Below are positions 1 through 9,370 of a DNA stretch of 64,000 nt, one piece after another. Each line of letters starts with the position of its first letter. Position 1 is the stretch's first letter. Made by a program: the position numbers and the translations under genes. Under the pieces are notes generated by a model that did no database searches, was not told the origin of the DNA, and was given only the letters and a program-made list of their open reading frames with translations. Source of the DNA: Euglena gracilis (lineage: Eukaryota); NCBI GenBank assembly GCA_039621445.1, contig CP154954.1, forward strand, positions 36,441,703-36,505,702, given 5' to 3'.

Positions 1-293
1 AAAAAAATCTTCCCAGACCCAAATGCTCAATTAATGGGGGGGTCAAAATTGGTATGGGGGTGGTTCGGGACGCGGGGGGGGGACACGGGGGGGGGACACG
101 GGGGGACGTGGCCCAACCACCCCCACACGTTTTCTTTGGCGTCACCTAAATTTGTGTGTAATTTTCCTTTGGTCAACCAAAAAAACGTGCCCGGCCAAAA
201 TCCGGGACGCGGGGGGACGCGGGGGGAACACCCCCTACTTGTCTGTTAGTCGATCCACGGCATCAAGTCTGTTAGTCGATTCACACCAATTAT

Positions 294-570
294 GGTTAGG
301 AAACCGGCTACAGGGCTTGGGGATAGGGTTAGGGATTGGGTTAGGGTTTGGGTTTTGTTTGGGGTTCGGGTTAGGTAAATGGTTAGGGTTAGGTTAGGGA
401 TAGGGTTTGGGTTTGGGGTGATAGGGTCAGGGATACAGTTAGGGATAGGGTTTTGGATATGGTTAGGGTTAGGGCCAGGATTAAGGATACGGTTAGGAAT
501 AGGGTTAGGGTTAGGGGTAGGGTTAGGGTTGGGGTTAGGGATTAGGGTTATGGTTAGGGATATGGTTAGG
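294..570 (+). repeat. Degenerate interstitial TTAGGG-like repeat array (resumes at 1062-1112)
   Basis: Many GGGTTA/GGGATA/GGGTTT hexamers; the array is split by the 575-1059 insertion. Confidence 0.85.
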
Positions 571-574
571 CTTA

Positions 575-1059
575 CAGTCCCTAGCCGTAAATTGTCCCCC
601 CCCCGAAAATTTTCCCCCCCCTGAAATTTGGGAATTTTCCTGGTTTTGCAAAAGGCTCCGAAACGGGCGAAAACTTTCCCCCCCCCTTCAGCCCCAGAGG
701 AACAGCTAAGGCAGGTGGGTTGGGACTTTTTTTTTGTACATGCAAGGGCAGCACAGCTTCACCACTTGCATGGCCCCTGGGTCAAGGAGTTGGCATCCTT
801 TGGGTTTTTTTGTCCATTGAACCATCCCCGGCATGTATCTATCAATAAGACCCACCGCCCTGAACAGAGGCGTTCGGGAATATACCATAACAACCCCACA
901 ACATACGGCAAATGAATTCCGAATCCCGGTCGGCTTCATGGCTTCAAAGAATAGAAGGGACGGGACAAAGTGCCCGAAACGGCCGAAAATTTCCCCCCCC
1001 CCCTGGTCAAGAGCCCAAAAAACCCTCCCTGGGGGGGGGAAATTTACGGCTAGGGACTG
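575..1059. mobile_element. Tc1/mariner/pogo-type MITE with TA target duplication
   Basis: Perfect 19-bp TIR CAGTCCCTAGCCGTAAATT / AATTTACGGCTAGGGACTG, with TA at 573-574 and 1060-1061. Confidence 0.85.
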
Positions 1060-1632
1060 TAGGGACGTGGTTAGGGTTAGGGATAGGGTCAAGAATGGGG
1101 TTAGGGATAGGGCGTTCCGCAACCGCACCTGTGGGTGGCTATGCGTGTGGCTCCACAAACTCTCCAGACCTGTGCCGACACCAGACGTAGCTTCTGATCC
1201 TGTTTTGTGCTTTCCCTGTCCATCAGTGACCCAAAGTAGGCCAAAAATAGGTGTGGATCGACCTGTTTTGCCGTGAATCGACTAACAGACAAATACTGTC
1301 AAATAAGAGGGGGGGGGTAGTAATTTGGAAGGGAAGGACGGGAATGGAATGGAATGGAATGGAAGGCAGCAGGTTGGTGCCGTTTGGTTTTATTTCCATG
1401 TGATTTGGGGTTATTTTGAAGGGATGGGGTTTGGTGAAAATGGCCCTGTCGCACCTTGGCCCCCACAAAGGGTGTTCACACAAACGGGCAGAAAGCCACC
1501 AGCACCTGGGCCCATTTTCCAGGGTTATTTTGAAGGGCCCAAGTGCAAAAAAAGGCAGGAGGACAAAGGGAAAGGAAGATGCCAACTGTAACAGATGAGC
1601 ACCCCCCATTGACCCCCTCCTGCTGAATATTA

Positions 1633-2077
1633 GGTACTTGTCTGTTATCGTACGACATACCCCCCCCCCTTTTGGTTATGGTACGACGCCCTTTGAACGG
1701 CCAGAATGCTTTCCCTTGGGGTCTGTTTCAGCCCTTTCGGGTGGTTTTTGGGGTTATTTGAAGGGATAGGGTTAGGGTTTCGAATGGCCCTGCCGTACCT
1801 TGGAACACACAAGGAAACCCAAAGGCGGCAGACTGGCAGGGAGAAAGAAAGATAAAGCCCGCCGACCTTCCGGCCCCAAAGGGGATTTGCCATCCTGAAC
1901 AGGCATTTTGCCCAAATTTGGCCGGATTCGAAAAAAGGCTGAAACTTCACCAGGATGGGTCCTTACCCTAACCCCATTCCTCCCAATAACCCTATATAGG
2001 CACCGGAGGAGGAAATGAAGGCGTCGTACCATAACCAAAAGGGGGGGGGGTATGTCGTACGATAACAGACAAGTACC
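1633..2077. mobile_element. MITE with ~58-bp TIRs and 8-bp TSD (Merlin-like ends)
   Basis: 1633-1690 is inverted at 2020-2077. GAATATTA is duplicated at 1625-1632 and 2078-2085. GG termini with an 8-bp TSD are typical of Merlin; the superfamily is an inference. Confidence 0.9.
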
Positions 2078-2469
2078 GAATATTATATAACGTATATGGC
2101 CACCTGCCCCCCCCCAAAAAACAATGGCCATGCGGCCAAAAATCAAAATAAATGACCATCGATGGAGGGCCATGGTGGAAAAAAATCCCATGTATTAAGG
2201 GTTTCAGCAAGACAGTCAACTGGCACAGGCAAGGAACATACACCCGTCCAAGCCTCAAGATGCCTTTAGTAATTGGGATATGACGAGGGATCCCAGGATC
2301 AGTATTTGCTTGATCTACTAAATTCAGCTCAGCAAAGTCATCCTCTGACATGGCTGGGAAGAATTTTTGGTTGGCAGGCTTTTGTGGAAGAAACTCGCGA
2401 TATTTTTGTTTTGATTCTTAATTCTAGATTAAATTTTAACACCAACCGTACGCATTCAGAGCCCTGACT

Positions 2470-3140
2470 CAGTGGTCCTTGGGATGCCAAGTTTGCCCCA
2501 CAACGACAGATGGCTCCTTGCCGGAATGTCCCCGTTGCCACCAACAAATGGATGTTGGAGGAAACCACCTTGTCTGCTGCCCCAAAAACAACACTTTGCG
2601 GCGACATGGTGCCCTCCAGACGTTCGTTTTGGACCTGGCGAGAAGGGCCGGTTTCATGGCTCGACGAGAAGAGGTGGCTGACAACCGGACAAGACCCGGA
2701 GATGTCTTCATCACGAGGTTCGACGCGGACGGACCTGCAGCAGTGGATGTCACGGTCCGCCACCCGTTGCAACCAGCAAACCCGGTCTCCTCAAAGGACG
2801 CCTTAGCACGGTGGCACGAACTACAAGAGGGAGACAAAGAACGCAAGTATGCAGCCACTTGCGAACGGCTGGGATGGACGTTCATCCCGTTTGTGGTTGA
2901 CTGCTTCGGAGGGATGGGGGAGCGAGCGGCAGGATTCATATCGAAGTGCCTCCGCACTGTGTTGGCGCAGACCGATGTTCCTCAACGACGATCGTCAGAG
3001 GCCACGGTATGGCAAGCGCTGAGTCTAACGTTGGCCAGGGAATTGGCTCGCCAGCTGGCTTGGGGGGCAGTGGCGGAGCCATCAGGCGACGTTGATCTCA
3101 CTACCCACACCCCATATGCCACGGAGTAAAAAAAAAAAAA
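2470..3140 (+). pseudogene. 5'-truncated RLE-clade non-LTR retrotransposon (CCHC knuckle plus restriction-like endonuclease)
   Basis: ORF 2479-3129 has CPRC..H..CC, RH and RPGDVFITRFD..AVD, is clearly homologous to 8716-9370, and is followed by an A-run after the stop. Confidence 0.85.
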
Positions 3141-3475
3141 GGGGGGGGGTCAGGGCGAACACCATGTAAACACCTGCGGCCGCTGAGGCCAAGCCAGGCA
3201 GCCTACACCGGCCACCAAGGGCCGGTATTATTGGCTTTGTCCCGATGACACAACATGGTAAGCACACCTGAGAGAAAGCCGAAAGGCCAGACGAACCCGA
3301 AACCTCCATTGAGCACACCGGGGAACAGCCTGCCCCCAACAAGGCCACCCCACCCCGCCTGCTCCCTGCCACCTCACCCCTCGGGCCCTGGCCCCCACAT
3401 GGCCGATTCTGGGTTCACCTGACCACCTTACCCTGAGACTGTCGCTTCTGTACATAGCCTTACCCCCTGAACACG

Positions 3476-3531
3476 TCAAATCCAGTAGGCAGTGCCACTG
3501 GTCGGTGGACTTGGTTCGCCCCACCACCGTT
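3476..3531. other. Conserved twin-hairpin motif, copy 1
   Basis: 56 bp with 3 mismatches to 13443-13498; stems CCAGT-GGC/GCC-ACTGG and CGGTGG/CCACCG. Confidence 0.6.
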
Positions 3532-3888
3532 TGACCGTACGCATGACCAACCACAAGACTAATTAAACCAAAAAACAAGCAAATCACACCTTGCAGCGAA
3601 TGGACCAAGTCTACAAAGACGTCCAAACCCTTACCGCACTGAAAACAGAGCCTTCCCTGCGCCAACTCCCCAAAACCTGAACTTGTCGCTGACACAACCT
3701 CAACACTCAACAGTCCCCATGGCCGTTCCATTGAACCTTTCCTGCCGCTGTACACTTTCCTCTCTCACTCGCTATCCCCCCTCCGTACTGTGCCCCTCAC
3801 CGCCCTTCTACTTCACCCTCGACTCTCCCCGCTCCCACCGACGCCTGTGGATGCTGGTGGATTCCCAAAAAAAATTTAAATTGGTGGC

Positions 3889-3914
3889 ACTTTCTGAGTG
3901 TCTATTTTTTTTCG
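3889..3914 (+). other. Euglenid spliced-leader (SL) exon, integrated relic
   Basis: ACTTTCTGAGTGTCTATTTTTTTTCG matches the Euglena SL exon as I recall it. It is followed by CATATCAC-ATG (3923), not by a GT donor. Confidence 0.85.
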
Positions 3915-3922
3915 CATATCAC

Positions 3923-5804
3923 ATGTCGGACAAGTGAAAGCCCCACCAGGGGTATAGTTTGAAGCTCCGAGTTCGACAAACTGTGGCATTTCATGAGAAG
4001 GCGTTGGAGCCGAGACAGCAGAGAGGAGGATGAAGGAGAAGGTTTCCTTGAAGCAGAAGAGTATGAGAACTATCTGAAACGCAGGTGGGGTTCTTCGTAT
4101 GTGATGTGAATTTTTTGGCGTTTTTTGAATTTTTTTGTAAACAAAATGGTTGCTTTTATGAGCATGAATAATCATTTTTTCTCATTGTCAGCATGAAAAA
4201 ATTCCCCGGTGGAGTTGGAGATTCTCCAAGTCCTCTCCATCAGAAAGTGCACATCCGGGAGCTCCGAAAGGATTTTATATGCGAATATATTTTATATGCC
4301 CAGAACGACCTCGCCAGCTGCGTTGGGAACAGAAGGAAGCTGACAGGAAAAGAAGAGCTGAGTACTGGGGAAGACAGACCAGAAGTCGCAGCAGAAGCCC
4401 TGACAGAAAGAGATTCAATGTTTAACGTGGTGGAAACCCTCCAGACAGGAGGAGTGCAGCTGAGTTCCCTCCAGACTGGAGGTGGCCTGACCAAGAGAGA
4501 CAGGTCAGAGATTCTTCTGCACAGAGAAGACCCCTGCAGCAGCAGCAGGAGTATGAGTAGCAGTTGGGAGACTACCCAGCACAGAGAAGACCCCTGCAGC
4601 AGCAGGAGTATGGGCAGGAGAGAGAGTACCCTGCACAGAGAAGGTCAGACACTGTACATCTGCCATCTGGGGTTATTCCATGGACTACATTTTATCAACT
4701 GCCTTAGCCTTCTCCCAGTTTGTACTCCTCTGCTGCAGCATCTGCCACAGGTCATCAAGTACCCCATCCCCAGTCTGTGATGTATACACCAGCAGCTGCA
4801 GCCACAGCAGGCCTTTCAGGACAAGCTGCAGTTTTGCCTGGCCAGGGCCAGACAATGTGTGGCCAGAACCAGATGTATATGACTCCCCAGCCTGTTTACT
4901 ATGTGGACCCCTCTGGGGCAATGTCTGCAGACCTACCCTGGTGGAAGTACCAGCTGTTGATGGGCCATTCGGTGGGGCACAATGCCATCCCCCCAGGAAC
5001 TGTCAACACCTCAGCAGCAGTGTCCTCTGCCCAGCCAGCCTCTGGAGGGCCTGGGGTCAGCACCCCCCCCCTCCTTACCAAGAAGGAGGAGGAGCCAAAG
5101 CCATTCAGGGAGAGAAAAGGAGGACTGACAGCTCTGGAGCCTCAGCCTCCACATCAACAGCCTCCAGGGCCAAATCCTCTTCTGTTTCCTCATCAGACAG
5201 TGATGACAAGCAGTAGTTGGACTTGCTGAAAGAAAGGCGACGTGAAAGGAAAGAACAGTAGCAAAAAATGAAGAAGCGGACCACACACAGGGAGAAGAAA
5301 CATTCCCATTGTGTGGCTCAGTGCGTGCTGAAGACCCCCCCAAGATTTTCTGCAGCAAAAGTCCAGGAGAGGGGAAGATATACCCCCCCAACTGCAGTTG
5401 GAGAAAAACTCGGCCATGAGTTGATTACCCCCCTTGCCCTGGAATTCGGGCCTGAGCAAGGACAAAGGGAATCCCAAACCCCAGTGATGGAAAAAGGTAC
5501 CCCCACAAGGGAGAAAAAACCGGCGGTGCAAGAAAAAAGACGGCCAGCACCAGGAGGCCCATACAAAATTTTCTCTGTCTTTGACACAGAGATTTGGAAA
5601 GTGGAAGGCCAGTGGTTAAACCCAACGGGCGTCATGTTTGACGAAAAATGCCGGGAGCCGAGGTCTGGTCCGCCCAATTCCCCGGAAAATGCTCCACTGC
5701 AGGAAACCTCTTTAAGCAGCTGGAAGAAAAAATTCCTGCATCAGCGGCAGGAGCGACGGCAGCAGGGGGCACGCTGGTCCACGAGCGGGCGGCACGTAAA
5801 TTGA
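3923..5804 (+). pseudogene. Broken low-complexity (Q/P/S/R-rich) N-terminal coding region with a GT-AG intron at 4085-4191
   Basis: Overlapping ORF pieces 4193-4780, 4720-5229 and 5268-5804. Removing the T-rich 4085-4191 segment joins ...YENYLKR in frame to SMKKFPGG. Confidence 0.5.
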
Positions 5805-7090
5805 CCAAAGTCGTGGACCAATGGCAACAGATGGGACGAAATCGTGACATCCCGGCCAAGGGCCCTTGGGGGCTGCTTTTTTCTGGTGACATCAACCCCC
5901 AGCCTGGACCAACGGCGGGCCCGTGTGGTGAATGTGATCTCCTGCATGTCTTGGTGGAACAACAAGTACAAGACATGTTCAAAATACGGGCGGATGAGGA
6001 GCCTGCAAAAGGACCAGACGGGACGTCACCTCTCTTTCAGGAAAGAGAAGCCTTCTGGGTACAGTGCACCCTGTGTGGGTGGTCAAGGCAAACAATAAAT
6101 TCTGGGTGGTGCTTGTCCCACGTACAGCATTGTGCAGAATTACAAGACATTCTTTGCGGCCCGGGAAACACATTGCTGCAGGTGCCAGAAGAACACCTAG
6201 CCACAGGCAGGGAAGGTGTGGCTTTCAGCGGTGATGTCCCCCTGAACCCGGGCCCCAGGAAGGAATCTGAAGCTCACAAAAGAAAAGCACGTGGCCATGG
6301 GAAAACTGGGCGGGAAGAAGCTGTTCTGACCCATGGTGATGTGGAGCAGAATCCGGGGCCTATGGAAGGCAGCATGGAAGTGGACTTGGGGGGGTGTCAC
6401 ACCTTACAAGGACCGTGTCCCAAAGGTTTGCGCCCTGCATGGGATGACATTGCACATGACCGAAGGACCACGTTGACATTGATCCCCAGAGGAGCGCTGG
6501 GGGAAGTGGCACGAACCCTGACCCTCTTGTTCAGACGATTACGACAAGAAGGCTCTTGGGAGGCCTTTCACTCTTTGTGGTGTTTTCCAAAGGCAGTCCT
6601 GGCAAGCACTGGACAGGGTGGACCATCCCACTGGGCCAGAATTGGGCGGCTGCTGTGTACCAGAGCCAAGGCGTACCTGGAAAAAGACGTCCATGAATGC
6701 TGGGAGTCGTCCAGGCCGTCGGAAGCGAATTTCGGATCCAGCGTCAAAACCCGATCAGCAAAAAGTAAAGAGGAGGAAATCCAACAAGAAGCCTTTCTCA
6801 ACAGAATGCAGAAACTGGTGGAAAGAGGGGCAACGGCAAAGGCGCGTCAGGCAATGTTGTCAGACGGAGTCCAAGATGCAAATGATGCAAAAATTCGTGA
6901 GCGTTTACGTCTGCTTCACCCATCAGAAGATCCGCCCGGGAAATGGCCCCCCGATGGAAGAGTGCGCCTGCCAGTCCCTGAGGGACAAGAAGGAGACGCC
7001 CACATGAAAAAGGCCGTGAGACGGGCCATCCTGTCCTTCAAAAACGAAACAGCAGGAGGACCGAGCGGGCTGACCATCTCAAAACATTGA
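5648..7090 (+). pseudogene. Retrotransposon polyprotein segment with three 2A-like motifs and a Cys/His zinc-finger-like region
   Basis: GDINPQPGP, GDVPLNPGP and GDVEQNPGP; CTLC...H..HC; ends in the TAGGPSGL motif that precedes RT in this clade. Confidence 0.8.
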
Positions 7091-8181
7091 TCTCCGCACA
7101 GGCTGCGGGCTGTGGTGATGATTTACTGGAAGAAATCTCCGCCTTTGTCTTCTCGGCAATCCAACAAGGACTGCCTTTGGAAATGGGGTCCATCTTGGCA
7201 GGAGCACGACTGACGCCGTTGAGAAAGAAGAAACCACAAACAGATGCTGCCGGTAATGTGATGCTGCATACGGACAACAATTTGCAACACGAAGGAACCA
7301 GGCCAATTGCGGCAGGAGAAGTTTTAAGACGGTTGCTTGCCAAAGTTCTGTTAAAAGAAGCCACTGTACGAAACACTCTGATTGACGGGCTGCCTGGGCA
7401 AGTCGGTGTAGGCCATTCTGACGCTTGTGCTCTCACCAGTATTGCACTGCAACAAATTGTTCAAGGACTGCAAAAGGCAGGGAAAACAGAATGGGCTGTT
7501 CTGCAGCTGGATTTTGCAAACGCCTTCAATCAATTGAAACGGGAACCCATGTTACATCAAGTGCGACAGCAGGTACCACACATGACAGCTTGGACTGAAT
7601 CATGCCATGGTTCACATTCCCCTTTGTATTGTGGAAACACAAGCCTGAGGTCCAAAACGGGAGTTCAACAAGGGGACCCTTATGGCCCGGCTCTTTTCTG
7701 CATTGCGGTGCAACCTTTGGTCAACAAAATTGCAGAAATGGTGCCATGGCAGTGCTGGTACCTGGACGACTGCCATCTAATTGGATCCATGGAACAGCTG
7801 GATCGTGTGGTGCGCATGCTTTTGGCAGACGGTCCTGCGATTGGGGTCAGTCTGAACATGGACAAATGTCGGCTGTGGGGCCCAGCCGTCAATGATGCCT
7901 TTCGCAGATTGCCACAGGGAAGCAGTGTGTTGCAACGAATACCGGCAACATCCTTTGTGGAGGGATCTGGAATCAAAGCCCTGAGGATACCTGTGACGTA
8001 CCCGGGAGATGACACGTTTGTGCGATCCATTTGGCAGGACAGATTGAAAGCTTGTGAAAAATTGTGCTACTTGCTGCAGTTCATTCCTTCCGGCCACATT
8101 CGTTTCCACCTGTTGCGCCAGTGCATTGCCAGCTGCAAAGTAAATGATCTTCTACGAGGAACACCGCTTGAACTCTTCTGA
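7087..8181 (+). pseudogene. Non-LTR reverse transcriptase domain
   Basis: RPIAAGEVLRRL, LDFANAFN, GVQQGDPYGP, YLDD (7759), GVSLNMDKC. Confidence 0.95.
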
Positions 8182-9370
8182 AGATATGGTACGGCTCTTC
8201 TCTGCCCTGGTCCGTGACAGTTTGAGCAATATTGCACGAAGACAGCTCACTGAAGCTCGATGGGAGCAATCCACCATCCCCATTCGACTGGGAGGCCTGG
8301 GCCTGCACGATGCAATAAAGACCAGGCCAGTGGCCAGATGGGCTGCTATTTTGGATTTCTGCAAAAGAGCAGAACACAGTGTCTCGTTCCCGAAAGAACT
8401 TGAGCTATTACCATCAGACTTCGTTCTGACAGGTCGCACAGTCGAACAAATCACGGGGGAGAGTCATTTGACAACTTTGATACTACAGGACTCCAATCGG
8501 ATTCCTCACCTGGGGAAAGTGGAAAGTTCCCAGAAGTTCTGGAACGACAAGCTCTCTGAGAAACGAGGAGCTGACTTGGTAACGCATTCCACCGGGGCTG
8601 ACAAGGTGCGTATTTTGAGCCAACAGAAACCTCATGCATTGGCGTGGGTGGCAGCAAACCCTTGTGCAGCAAAAAAGACATTGATGCCCCCAGGTGAATT
8701 CCGAGCAGTTCTACAATGGACTCTGGGATGACTGTTGTAGCTCCACACGAAGGTTTGGAGGCAAAGTGTCCACGATGTGAGACAGTGATGGATGACCAAG
8801 GGAATCACCTGGTTTGTTGCACAAAAAAACAATTTGGCACGGCGACATGCAGGAATTCAAAACTTCATCCTGCAGCTGGCACAGGCGGCAGGCTATACTG
8901 CTCGGCGTGAAGAGGGCACTGGAGATGGAAGACGACCTGGGGATGTTTTCATCACTAGGTTCGATGCAAACGGCCCGGCTGCAATAGATGTCTCAGTGCG
9001 GCATCCACTGGCGCCGTCCCACCCAGTGACTGATCAAAGTTGGGAACGCTGGCATGAAAGACAGGAGAAAGAAAAAGTGACAAAGTACAAAGATGTATGC
9101 AGCAGGCTGGGATGGTCACTTGTGCCCCTGGTCCTGGATTATTTTGGTGGCATTGGTGATGAAGGCAGAATCTTTTTGGGGACCTGCATCCGAGCCATCC
9201 TGGGGCAGAAGGAGCCCTGGGAAAGAAGATCCTGCGAAGCAGAGTGCTGGCAAGGACAAAGCACTGTGTTGGCCCGAGAAGTGGGTCGACAACTGTCGTG
9301 GGCTCAATGCCTGGGATCTGAAGATATGCAAAGTCCTGTTCTGGCGCATCAACCTTATAATCTGGACTAA
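8144..9370 (+). pseudogene. Thumb/linker, CCHC knuckle and RLE endonuclease (frameshifted)
   Basis: PIRLGGLGL; CPRC..GNHLVCC; RRHAGI; RPGDVFITRFD..AIDVSV; KVTKY. Confidence 0.9.

Larger units (their letters stand above)
236..1296. mobile_element. Non-autonomous TIR element (MITE) containing degenerate telomere-like repeats
   Basis: TACTTGTCTGTTAGTCGATCCACGGCA (236-262) is the reverse complement of 1269-1295 with 2 mismatches. The terminus resembles that of the 1633-2077 MITE. No clear TSD. Confidence 0.65.

Noticed and set aside
294-570. True telomere
   Set aside because: Degenerate, internal and enclosed by TIRs.
3889-3990. Intact SL RNA gene
   Set aside because: The exon is not followed by a GT donor or SL intron, and no tandem SL/5S unit is visible.
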